Source: a virus (lineage: Duplodnaviria > Caudoviricetes). Taken from it: 64,000 nt of DNA. The notes under the pieces are model-generated. The model was not told the DNA's origin, searched no databases, and saw nothing but the letters and a program-made list of their open reading frames with translations. How positions within the stretch are numbered: position 1 is the first letter of the stretch; each line of letters begins with the position of its first letter. The stretch lies in IMG/VR virus record IMGVR_UViG_3300048691_000224, one strand, 5' to 3'. Of this stretch, positions 42,501 to 51,697 are shown piece after piece. A program made the translations under genes and the position numbers.

Positions 42501-44504
42501 AGCTTGTAAAACCAGTCTGAGCCGTCATCCTCTGCAATTGGTGCGATAACGGCTGGTGACGTAGGCAATAACTTGGCACTCTTTTGAAACAATGCAGGAA
42601 CGTGTTCACCGTACTGGTAAATAATTTCGCCGTCTTTCAATGCTTTCCATTGCCACATTTGGTTAAAAAATTTAAATTCTTCTACTGGCTCCTGTTGATC
42701 AGACTGTGCTAGTAGCCCTTCTAGCATGTCAGTTACCTGCAATGCGTAGCTCGAAGACATTACAGAGATAACGTCAATAACTTGCTCAATCTGAGCCTTT
42801 GATATTGTGTAGTTCATGTTAGTCTTTTGCCTTGCGAAAACCAAACGACAAGCACCCGAAACGATAATCGTCGTCAGTCACGCCAGCTTTGAACGGCTCG
42901 GTTTCACCGTTGATGTCAACCACTGGCAAACCATCAGGTATGAATGCATACCATTCTTTTGGAAAAAGCCAGATAGTTCCGTTGTCGTCACTACCCCAAA
43001 CACCACAACCCAACGCTATTAATTCAGCATCATCTTTTAGGCTAAGATTTGCATAATCAATCTGTGGGTCAACAGCATCTACTTTAATAGTATCAATGCG
43101 CTCAAATTGCGGTGTTGCAACTTCTAAGGCTTGATCATCTTGCAATCCAATTGCAGCTTTGAAATCATCTACAAAAGAGGGTGAGTCCATGTAGATAACT
43201 GGTGTATTTGCTGGTAATTTAATACTCATTTTCATCCTTCAATAGTTGGTCGATGGTGGCTTCTATACTTGGTGTGTAGCTGACTTGCCCGTCAGTATCT
43301 ACAGCGCACCCGCTGTCAATTAGAGCGTGTGTTAAGTCCTCTGCGTCTATAAAATCGCCATCAGAGTGTGACTTGGCCACCATCGCACCAAACCACGCCA
43401 GTGGAACTAGACTATTCACGTGCATCTGAGTATTTGCACCCTGCGAGTTGAGTGCTGCTGTCTCGGTACGAGCACGTAGATAGCCTCTAAATTGCAGGTC
43501 GTGGCCGTAGTGGAGGTAGTTACCAAAACTATCAATTGGCAGATACGCATCGAACGAAGCCTCAAACTCTTCGCGCCATGCGGATATTTGTTCTGGTGAT
43601 GGGTTCATTTCCTCACCTCCAAGTTCATTTTCATTGTGCAAACTTTTTTCAGATTCATGTGTTTGTATTTTTCAACTAACGAGAATAGTCGCAGTGTGCC
43701 GTAGGGCATTACTACGCGCCAAACTTTACAGACTTTTATTTGGGGTTTCATTTGGTTTCCTTTAGTTTGGTAATGGTGGTTTAGTGTTTTCCCATAGACC
43801 AGCAGTGCTATCTCTAGGGTCATAACGAACTAGGTATTTGCCATCTCCCATTGCAAAAAACCAATTCCCTGTTCGACTTCCTACCATATGGATTTGGTCC
43901 GGAGCTAGATATGGTGCTAAATCAATAATCAAGGTTTGATAGTTTGCGACCATCTTTCTATAGTCTTCGCGGGATTCTGCCAGCTTTGCTTTTAGCTCTG
44001 CTATCTCGGCAGATTGTTCAGTGTATGCGTCTAACCCAAGCTGTTTCGCCAGCAAATCCGTGTCTTCTTTCGCAGACTTGATCCGCAAAGATTCAGACTC
44101 GCCGTAGCACCAGCAACCGCCTTCACTGACTTCAGCAAAACCAGCTGAAATTACGTCACCTGAGTGGTCAAATACTTGTCCGATGTGTGAGTGGTAAACA
44201 TCATCAGTCATAGGCCAAATGATGAAGCCTAGTTTTGTTCTTACATATTTGTGTATCATTTCAAAGCTCCTTCGGCCGCTGCATGTTGGACAACAGCGTG
44301 TGCCATATCCTGCGTCCAGCTTTTTTGTTTAATAAAACCATTGGCGACATCTTCAATCGCTTGCTTGCGTCCGTAGGCTACCCCCTTAGTAAAGTAGGTA
44401 TATGCATCTTGGCTCACCCGAGAGTGGTACTTACCATCTACGCCTAGCCGGTGGTCATATTGAGGGTATGCAGCCTCAAAAACCTTTTGTGATTCGGTAG
44501 TCAT
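36569..44504 (-). other. Dense cluster of about 25 small early hypothetical CDSs (e.g. 36768-37328, 37331-37855, 37845-38186, 38856-39161, 39124-39600, 39500-39844, 40261-40554, 40750-41067, 41140-41574, 41907-42269, 42266-42844, 42819-43235, 43219-43641, 43762-44259, 44256-44504)
   Basis: Overlapping or abutting minus-strand ORFs with GGA/AGGA RBS, organised behind repeated promoters; several share short modules. Confidence 0.55.
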
Positions 44505-44607
44505 TTGGAATTTCCTTTGTTACTCTTAGTGGTCTATTATCCCCCAAAAATGAACAAAGTCAACAGGCGCGTATTCAGCGAATACCTTTCGATACCTTAC
44601 CAAATTG

Positions 44608-45960
44608 TTAGTTATCCAATACCCATCTTGGAATATTTGCATCTAATTCAGGGCGACGTACGCACAACTGCTTAATAAATTCTACTTGGTCTTCTTTACC
44701 AGCTGTATCACGTGGAACCTCGAGTGCCCATGTCATCATGCGCTCCCAAGCTTCACTCTCTTGGCTAGTTAGTGCAGCGTGACCATACAATGATTTGTTA
44801 CTCAGAGACTCCAGCGCGCGTCTCCAATGTACGAAGCACTGTTCTAGTGCAGCTTTAGACATTGTTGGGAGTGCTAAGAATGCTGGATACCTGAGGTAAT
44901 TAAAGCTAAGATTTATTTTATGAATATCATCACTCACATAGGCTGCACGCTGCTCAACTACCCTAGTAGCAAGGTGATGGAGTGTTTTAAGACTAAACAC
45001 ATTGACGGTTGTCATGTATGCTAGTCGGATATTGGGGCACTGGTCAAGTAGTAATTCAACATTCCGCCAAAAACGATCGACGTCCATACCATCTCTGACG
45101 AATTCTTGTTCTGGACCATCACCCTCAATTGAGGTAAAAATAGTGATCCGAGCGACTTTGTTGTCGAGGCTATTAAGTTTGGATATTAACCGTGTGATCA
45201 ATTCATCTGGTACACATAAGTTTGTATTAATCGCAAAATCTAACGTTGGTTGGGGCGATGTAATCAGATCCTCGATCAACTTCCATGTATTTTTACTGAG
45301 TAGAGGTTCGCCTCCTGTGATTCTAAAGTGAGTCAGCTTTTGTTTAAGTTCTGGCCACCAATTCCAAAATGCATCGACATATGGGTTCACTTCTTTGGAT
45401 TGGTACGGCATTTTATCTGTAGACTTGAGATATTCAATATCATTGAATGTTGTGTGTGGTAATTTGTATGGTCCATGACGCTGGGAATCTTCCATCCACC
45501 TGGAACTCACATCAGGAGAACAATACAGACACCGAAAGTTACAAGTATTATCAAAATTCACCTCAATGTATGATGGGAAGAACTCCGAACCTTGGCCCGA
45601 TTGAATCACTTCTTCAAAACGTGGGTATGACCACGATGTCCTACTTTTAAATGTTCGATCACTGTCGTGATCACCCGTCGTCAAATTTTCAATTTTCCAG
45701 CAATATTCACACTCAGGAGTCTGAATTCCATTAAGCATATCTTGCCGAGCTTTTTGCTTGTGTGTAGTATTATGCAAGGCAGACAAGTTTGTTTCTAATT
45801 CACTCAGTGGTATTTTGTGAGTAGCCGGGTGATGACACGAGTGGGTATGTCCAGTATTCAAGTGAATCGTTCCCTGTGTCCATTTCGCCAGGCACATTGT
45901 CGGACTGACTTCACTCAATTCGTCGCGAATTTGTTTGATTGGAATAATTTTAAAGTTCAT
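44608..45960 (-). CDS. Radical SAM protein with N-terminal twitch/SPASM-like Cys cluster
   Basis: CNFRCLYC, ITGGEPLL and INTNL; CLAKW..SCHH..CEYCW; start placed at MNFKII (45960). Confidence 0.88.
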   Translation of the reverse strand: MNFKIIPIKQIRDELSEVSPTMCLAKWTQGTIHLNTGHTHSCHHPATHKIPLSELETNLSALHNTTHKQKARQDMLNGIQTPECEYCWKIENLTTGDHDSDRTFKSRTSWSYPRFEEVIQSGQGSEFFPSYIEVNFDNTCNFRCLYCSPDVSSRWMEDSQRHGPYKLPHTTFNDIEYLKSTDKMPYQSKEVNPYVDAFWNWWPELKQKLTHFRITGGEPLLSKNTWKLIEDLITSPQPTLDFAINTNLCVPDELITRLISKLNSLDNKVARITIFTSIEGDGPEQEFVRDGMDVDRFWRNVELLLDQCPNIRLAYMTTVNVFSLKTLHHLATRVVEQRAAYVSDDIHKINLSFNYLRYPAFLALPTMSKAALEQCFVHWRRALESLSNKSLYGHAALTSQESEAWERMMTWALEVPRDTAGKEDQVEFIKQLCVRRPELDANIPRWVLDN

Positions 45961-46103
45961 GTGTATACGGATATAACTGGTGATGGTTAAGAGACAGTGA
46001 AGAGCACTCGAGTGCTCTTCACTGTAACCATTGGGTTTACACCATGGCGCTAATGAACTACACGGCGTTGCGAATTGTAACAATATTACTGTGTGAGATA
46101 CTG

Positions 46104-47228
46104 TTAAGGAACAGTGTTTGTCCGCCCGACAGTGACTGTAATCTTGTATGTGATTGTCCACACTCGATCCATACTCTTTAGCAGTGGGTGAAAAATGATG
46201 TGAGACAATAACCGCTCACGTTCACTACTCGGGTTAGATGGGCTATTGGCAATACCTTGAGCCTGTCCTGGCAACGCGTTAGCAATATTGGTAAATCCTG
46301 TCAGATTCGAGAATAACCAGTTTGTTGGGTATGGTAGAGGTGGGATAACAATAGAGACTGTTGAAGTGCTTCCGGCGGTGATTGATACGAACCGCAGTGC
46401 ACCGTAAGTCACTACACCTGGTTCACTTACTTGAGAATTGCAGCCAGCAGTCGCAGTAGCCAGTGCTGAATTCAAAAGCGTGTTCAGATCCTCATATGTA
46501 ATTGCCCCACCAACTCCTGAACCAGCGGTTGGGGTTGTGAGAGAGATATTCTTTGTTATTCCATCGACAGTGATGTCAAATATGTACACTGTATTAGGCA
46601 CCAATCCAGTCAGCGAATCAAATGCCTTTGTCCCAACCAAAACGTCTTGGTACCCCTGTGTTGCAATTCTAGGCAAACCAGCAGAGAACAAACCAATTTC
46701 ATCAAATACAAAATCTGTACGATCGGAGGTTGGGGATAGTGAACTCTGAACTTGTCCGACAGGCTCAAACCTATTGAGTACGCAGGTCACTATGACTTGA
46801 GATTTCAGCGTTGGCAATTCAATGCTGTGGACTCCCGTTGGTGCAATTGCAGCGTCACCACCTGGTACTGCTCCTGGACCAGTTCCTAGTAAAGGATTTG
46901 ATTCCTCGACGACTTCAGAATACACTTCGTAGTGGAGTCTGGATTCCCAGTTAGAGGGATCGGGCAGTGCGCCATCATTTACAGTTCGGAATGATACTGT
47001 ACCAGTTGCGTCGACGAATGTTCCACCACTACCAAATCCAATTCTGTAAATTCCAGCATTAGGTTCATTTGCAAGTGCTCGAGCAATAATTCTACTCATA
47101 TTTTGTGGATGAATAGCATTCGTTTTCTCGAGAATTGTGTTTCCGAGGTCGTCCGTGATGGCAACTTCACCAATCATGCCTAATTTGACATCAATTGTCG
47201 GATCTTTTTGTATAATTTCGTGGGTCAT
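46104..47228 (-). CDS. Putative virion structural (baseplate/tail-collar-like) protein
   Basis: NAIH, RIGFGSGGT, FDEIGLF and HIIFHPLLKS..ITYKITV resemble tail-collar/fibre-type proteins; late-promoter-like GATAAATA upstream near 47260. Confidence 0.45.
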   Translation of the reverse strand: MTHEIIQKDPTIDVKLGMIGEVAITDDLGNTILEKTNAIHPQNMSRIIARALANEPNAGIYRIGFGSGGTFVDATGTVSFRTVNDGALPDPSNWESRLHYEVYSEVVEESNPLLGTGPGAVPGGDAAIAPTGVHSIELPTLKSQVIVTCVLNRFEPVGQVQSSLSPTSDRTDFVFDEIGLFSAGLPRIATQGYQDVLVGTKAFDSLTGLVPNTVYIFDITVDGITKNISLTTPTAGSGVGGAITYEDLNTLLNSALATATAGCNSQVSEPGVVTYGALRFVSITAGSTSTVSIVIPPLPYPTNWLFSNLTGFTNIANALPGQAQGIANSPSNPSSERERLLSHIIFHPLLKSMDRVWTITYKITVTVGRTNTVP

Positions 47229-47589
47229 TTGTGGGAGTTTCGTCTATTTCAGTGGATTATTTATCAGATCCGCGAGGATGGTAGATGTGCCGTCTAATAT
47301 GAACACAGTGGTATTAGGGTTTGTGCGTAACTCAAGCAATACCGTTTCTTGATAGTATCACGGTATTGAATAGTACTCAACTGATGGACAGATCTAGTGG
47401 ATATTTTTCGTATCGTACTAGTCCGTTTTATCAAAACTGGTCACAATACTTGCAATGCCAGCTATGACTGCTACAATAACTAACAACATAATAATACCAT
47501 AAACATTAAACATACTTTATTTCCTTATATCATACCACATACATTAATTCATTTGCGAGACTGTAGTCAACTCACAAGTACCATTGCAA

Positions 47590-47620
47590 TAAAAATAGGG
47601 CAGATTAGGTGCCCTATTTT
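47590..47620. terminator. Rho-independent terminator
   Basis: AAAATAGGGCA...TGCCCTATTTT hairpin downstream of 47645-48037. Confidence 0.65.
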
Positions 47621-47644
47621 ATCTTGTATTAGAATTGCAAATTC

Positions 47645-48037
47645 TTATCGCGCTGGTGGTGAGTAGCTTTGCAATTGGGCAGCAGTGCCGCCAATCTGTC
47701 CGAGGCGAGGTTGTAAAATCTGCCCATTAGGAGTCAAGATTTTTGCAAGCTGGTGGTAGTACTCCAATGAATTCACACCATTGCCCAGTGTCTTCTGAGC
47801 CATCAACTCGTACAATGGAAACAATGTTGCTTGGCGGCCAGAGATGATATCAACAAGGCGGCGTTTGTCGATCGAATCCAAGCTGCTCAACGGAACAAAG
47901 TGAACATTTCCATTTGCATCGACATTCAAGATTGCGACCTCTTCCCATACACCAGTTCCGGTAGGGTCAATCCATCCGATGTGTGGATATTTGCTTGGAC
48001 GAATCTCGATAGGGGTTTGATTTTTGTATTGAAACAT
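47645..48037 (-). CDS. Hypothetical protein
   Basis: 130-aa ORF with CTAAATA late-like motif upstream near 48100. Confidence 0.6.
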   Translation of the reverse strand: MFQYKNQTPIEIRPSKYPHIGWIDPTGTGVWEEVAILNVDANGNVHFVPLSSLDSIDKRRLVDIISGRQATLFPLYELMAQKTLGNGVNSLEYYHQLAKILTPNGQILQPRLGQIGGTAAQLQSYSPPAR

Positions 48038-48151
48038 GATTTTATAGTAACTTTCTAGTAAAAACTCCCTGGTATTATGCAGAAGAGCGCTGGTAACGTC
48101 ACTATTTAGTATGCAAAAAACTGGGGTATTTTGACTCTAAGATGTATAGGC

Positions 48152-48180
48152 AAAAAAAGAGGCCCTTGTGAGGCCTCTTT
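48152..48180 (-). terminator. Terminator of the tmRNA transcript
   Basis: AAAGAGGCC-TCACAAG-GGCCTCTTT followed by a T run on the minus strand. Confidence 0.8.
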
Positions 48181-48500
48181 CTAGTTGTTGGGTGATAAGG
48201 TAACCAGCCTCAGCGTGTTGTCGGTGTTTAGGCGACTAACGCAAATAATTCATCGTTGTGAGTTATTATTTGTTTGCCAGATTTAACGACGTTCGTGCGT
48301 GTCGGATTGTAATTAAATTCTATTCTCTGTCAGTCGATTCTAGATCGCCCCCATCAAAAACACTATACTCGCACTGGACATAATGTTTTTGGTGGAGGCG
48401 TCGGGATTTGCACCCGATTGTTGCCAGTTTTACCAATTTAGGTTTCCAGAGTTTCTAGCCCGAGGCGGATTAGAGTACCGCACCCTTCGGAAGCTCATCA
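48152..48500 (-). ncRNA. ssrA: Circularly permuted (two-piece) tmRNA
   Basis: Acceptor piece ends ...TCGGGTGCAAATCCCGA-CGCCTCC-A-CCA at 48390. A 37-nt intervening segment follows. The coding piece starts GGGGGCG at 48352 and pairs 7/7 with G3-U70. Tag ORF 48260-48228 encodes HNDELFALVA*. The 5' end of the acceptor piece is approximate. Confidence 0.88.
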
Positions 48501-48519
48501 CAATCATTTCTTTTACTTA

Positions 48520-49137
48520 TTATAGTTGAGACAGAACTTGGTCACACCGGTCATTGATATCGAGGCAATTAACGATGATCTGTCGAGAGGTAGGAACCAT
48601 CACATCAAAGTATTTGCGCATTGTGTCATCAACAAGGCTTGTGTAGTGTTTGTTTACAGATGCTCGTTGCGCCTCGACTTGAGGTGCAAAGTGCCCACCT
48701 TCGATGAACACGACCTTGTTATATCCTGCTAGTGCGGATACACACTGGTGATAGTAATTATCCAACCAGTCAGAGCGGCTCTGAACTCCACCAAGAGCCA
48801 TCAGCGCGTATACAAATAAATCCACTGGACTACGTTCCGTGAATATGATTGGATGTTGTAGTGGTGTGTGTCTACGTTGAACTTCAAGATATGTGGATGT
48901 ATCGTCAGCGAGTTTTCTGGTGAGGATCTCATTCTGGAATTTTATTGTCAGTTCTGGATCGGAATTAATCTGATCCAGAGTGACGCCCCAATCCGTTTGT
49001 ATCGATCGTGATGATTTTCTTGCGACCACATAGTGCCCATGGCACTCACTTAGTCGAGTAATTAGGGTAGTCTTACCAGCTGATTGAGCTGCGGTTATTG
49101 CGATGATTGATGGTGTTGACATGTGGAGGTTTACCAA
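48520..49137 (-). CDS. P-loop deoxynucleoside monophosphate / thymidylate kinase-like protein
   Basis: ITAAQSAGKTT Walker A-like and FTERSPVD. Confidence 0.65.
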   Translation of the reverse strand: MVNLHMSTPSIIAITAAQSAGKTTLITRLSECHGHYVVARKSSRSIQTDWGVTLDQINSDPELTIKFQNEILTRKLADDTSTYLEVQRRHTPLQHPIIFTERSPVDLFVYALMALGGVQSRSDWLDNYYHQCVSALAGYNKVVFIEGGHFAPQVEAQRASVNKHYTSLVDDTMRKYFDVMVPTSRQIIVNCLDINDRCDQVLSQL

Positions 49138-49340
49138 TTATCGTACTCAGTGAGATCTAGGACCTCATTGGTTACCAGATTTGTTACTGTTGTTATTAGA
49201 CCGAGTCCTGTTGGGGTGAAGGAGAATGTGTACTGGGTACCGAGCGCATCTCGCGATGCTGTGTGGTCTTTTACCCAAGTATCAAACTTCTCCTTGTCAT
49301 ATGTCGACAACACAAACATTGTTTGTGGCTCTATCGGCAT
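49131..49340 (-). CDS. Hypothetical protein
   Basis: YTFSFTPTGLG motif; 69 aa. Confidence 0.55.
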   Translation of the reverse strand: MPIEPQTMFVLSTYDKEKFDTWVKDHTASRDALGTQYTFSFTPTGLGLITTVTNLVTNEVLDLTEYDNW

Positions 49341-49341
49341 A

Positions 49342-49566
49342 TCAGAATGTAGTTGGTTGTGCTACACTACGAACCAGTGCCATAAGACCTGTCTGGAGAT
49401 CAGTAGTACCAATACTTACCCAACGCTGATCGATGTCAGGATTTCCTCGAAGGCGTAAACACAGAGCCTCCAACACAACACCCTGTTGTTTGATCTCATT
49501 CATAAGATCAATTTCTACCTGAGAGAGGTCCCGATAGCCTTTGATGATTTTATGTTGGTTGTCCAT
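49342..49566 (-). CDS. acb2: Anti-CBASS protein Acb2 (cyclic-oligonucleotide sponge)
   Basis: MDNQHKIIKGYRDLSQVEIDLMNEIK...DQRWVSIGTTDLQTGLMALVRSVAQPTTF closely follows the Acb2/Vs.4 family signature as I recall it. Confidence 0.88.
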   Translation of the reverse strand: MDNQHKIIKGYRDLSQVEIDLMNEIKQQGVVLEALCLRLRGNPDIDQRWVSIGTTDLQTGLMALVRSVAQPTTF

Positions 49567-50061
49567 TTGATCCCTGTGTGAATAGTTGTTGGTTTTGAGT
49601 TGCGACTACCGCATTGTGGTCTCGCAGTTTGTCGGCAATTTTAGTTGATGTGATGGTGCTCAGTGTTGCTTGTGCTTCCTGATTTGCTGCTTGTGCAGTA
49701 GCGCTGTCACCTGCCGCCGAGGCTACATTACTAGCTTGAAGTGAGCCCAGCATTGACGTATATTGTTGCATGAGAATTGGATTCATAGTTTACCTGTATG
49801 TTAATTATTATCGAGACAAAATATCCGATATTTTAGATTTCGCTGTTTAGCAGCGAGCCCTAGCTCATAACCAAATGCTGAAATTTCCCGCACCTGGCAA
49901 TTTGTTGATTCGGCGATCAGTGTTGCTACATGGCGAGCAAACTCCAGTTCCTCCGTAACCAATTCACTCTCGATTACTAGCGTGTCACATCCACCAGCCA
50001 GGCGGATTAGTTGAGCATTGATGGAGGTAACATCACCACCCTTGACTTTGAATACATTCAT
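49550..50061 (-). other. Two small hypothetical CDSs (49550-49786 Ala/Gln-rich; 49801-50061)
   Basis: ORF track; operon packing. Confidence 0.5.
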
Positions 50062-50077
50062 ATATTACATAAGCCTC

Positions 50078-50356
50078 TCAGTGTTCACCGAACAGAGTCG
50101 TATACAACTCTCTCGTTGCTTCTTGCTTTGTCTCGACCTTTGTGAATGTCTGCTTGTGTCGCATCGAGATTACTTGATTGAGAATACCTGTGTCGATTTT
50201 AAATTGTTCTTTAATCGCTGTCAACACTTCTTTTTTGTGAGTTCGTTCACCGTCTGCCCGCATCATACACGCACACGCTTCATCGATCATAATCGATAAT
50301 TGTTTGCGTTCTGCGTCACTTGTCGGGATAATAAAATCGAAACCTTCTGTTGCCAT
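50078..50356 (-). CDS. dsbA: T4 DsbA-like dsDNA-binding protein
   Basis: 92 aa; LSIMIDEA...IKEQFKIDTGILNQVISMRHKQTF pattern. Confidence 0.65.
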   Translation of the reverse strand: MATEGFDFIIPTSDAERKQLSIMIDEACACMMRADGERTHKKEVLTAIKEQFKIDTGILNQVISMRHKQTFTKVETKQEATRELYTTLFGEH

Positions 50357-50373
50357 GATGGAAATACCTTTTT

Positions 50374-51006
50374 TTAAAAATTTGTCTTGAGCCAGTCTAC
50401 GTACGTTCCTGGGAAATCCGATGGTTGAAACAATAGACCAGATTTGAACGATACGAATGTTTTGGTGGCGTATAGGTCTCCAACTTCAACTTGTGAGAAT
50501 ACATGAGTGAAGTGAGGGTCGCTAGGGTACACAACCATTGTACCTCGTTGGGGGTTAAAGCCAAACCCCCAAGTCGGGAATTCCATCTTACCGCCGTATA
50601 CTTCAAAATCACCATCGAATGGTGGAGTTTCGTTGTAGTCTGATAAAAACACTACGGCTGTGATATCCCTATTGTGGATTCGTAACCACTTTCCCTTGAT
50701 TCTCGAAGAATTATCACAAACTGGATTTGGGGCAACACTAGAGTCAGACCACAGTACCCTGGTTGGTTCATAATCAACTATCTCATTTTGATAGTGAGCT
50801 TCAATTTCAGCCGCTTTAGAATCCAAGAATTGTGTGATCAGTGTGTGAGCTAGTTCTGTGTGTTTTACAGATACTACTGGCACATTGTGTTTATCAACAT
50901 CTGGAAACAAAAAGTTTGCATTTTGTATAATCTCCTCACACTGCATGGGTGAGAGAGCTTCTTCGAATATCAGAAATGGTGATCGAGTTTGTTTAGTTGT
51001 TGACAT
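50374..51006 (-). CDS. 2OG-Fe(II) oxygenase-like (prolyl-hydroxylase fold), possibly degenerate
   Basis: RDITAVVFLSDY, FEVYGGKMEF, PQRGTMVVYPS and FTH; the first His of HxD is absent (VCD). Confidence 0.7.
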   Translation of the reverse strand: MSTTKQTRSPFLIFEEALSPMQCEEIIQNANFLFPDVDKHNVPVVSVKHTELAHTLITQFLDSKAAEIEAHYQNEIVDYEPTRVLWSDSSVAPNPVCDNSSRIKGKWLRIHNRDITAVVFLSDYNETPPFDGDFEVYGGKMEFPTWGFGFNPQRGTMVVYPSDPHFTHVFSQVEVGDLYATKTFVSFKSGLLFQPSDFPGTYVDWLKTNF

Positions 51007-51697
51007 GTTGAGCTTTAGATTCGTGAAATAGTGTAAAAATGTTTTGCACTATTTTTATATATGGATGAATCTTACGCTCAAATACTTGTGGTTTAAACGA
51101 GTTTTGGTTACCTATAATAATAACAATATCTTCGACTAATATACCAGTCATTTCATACCAGCACAGTGCATACACCGTTGCCTGGAGGAAGTAGTCTCTA
51201 ATATCATCTTCACTCTTAACCTTATTGGCTGTCTTGAAGTCGATGAATGCTGGTTTGTTTTTCCAGATGCCAAGTAAGTCGGTCCGACCCGCAGTTTTCA
51301 GAGTATGGGAAACCAAGCAGTTCTCTTTGAGGATAATTTCTGATAGGTGTGCTTTGAGTAGTGCCCGAATCTGACGAACTGGGACAGCAATCTCTTTTGG
51401 TTGGTCTCCCAACTCAATCTCAATGTCGGTATTATCCAACCACACATCAAGAGTGTCATGAACCGCCGTACCTCTATCACACGCTGCCTCCGTTACTTGA
51501 GCTGCGTGCTTTTTACCAACTGCAGCTCTCCACCTCTCCAACCCTGCTTGCTTTTCGACATTTGCAGTGCCGAGGACGGTTGTTACACTTGGATACAGCA
51601 CCCCCGGCGAAACCTCATACACCCGCTTTCCATTGGGGGAGGTCTTGCTGGAAAAGTTGTACTGTTCTAGATTGAGTGGAGTATTGATTGGAATCAC
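50993..51697 (-). CDS. PD-(D/E)xK exonuclease
   Basis: YPSVTTVL, RGTAVH, AGRTD, IDFKT and YFLQATVY. Confidence 0.88.
   Translation of the reverse strand: MIPINTPLNLEQYNFSSKTSPNGKRVYEVSPGVLYPSVTTVLGTANVEKQAGLERWRAAVGKKHAAQVTEAACDRGTAVHDTLDVWLDNTDIEIELGDQPKEIAVPVRQIRALLKAHLSEIILKENCLVSHTLKTAGRTDLLGIWKNKPAFIDFKTANKVKSEDDIRDYFLQATVYALCWYEMTGILVEDIVIIIGNQNSFKPQVFERKIHPYIKIVQNIFTLFHESKAQHVNN

Larger units (their letters stand above)
16825..44563 (-). promoter_or_regulatory. Family of sigma70-type early promoters TTGAC(T/C)-N16/17-(T/G)A(T/C)AAT
   Basis: Copies at 16825-16853, 17948-17976, 18271-18299, 21447-21474, 24887-24927, 29525-29564, 30742-30769, 34107-34147, 39989-40028, 41092-41131, 41603-41642 and 44523-44563. 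Confidence 0.8.

Noticed and set aside
45961-46161. N-terminal extension of the radical SAM ORF
   Set aside because: It overlaps the upstream gene end and looks non-coding; MNFKII is the more plausible start.
48152-48500. Ordinary tRNA-Ala or one-piece tmRNA
   Set aside because: The CCA end precedes the 5' acceptor strand in transcription order, and a tag ORF follows; only a permuted gene fits.
50993-51697. Cas4 / CRISPR association
   Set aside because: No Fe-S cysteine cluster, and no repeat-spacer array or other cas genes seen anywhere in the window.
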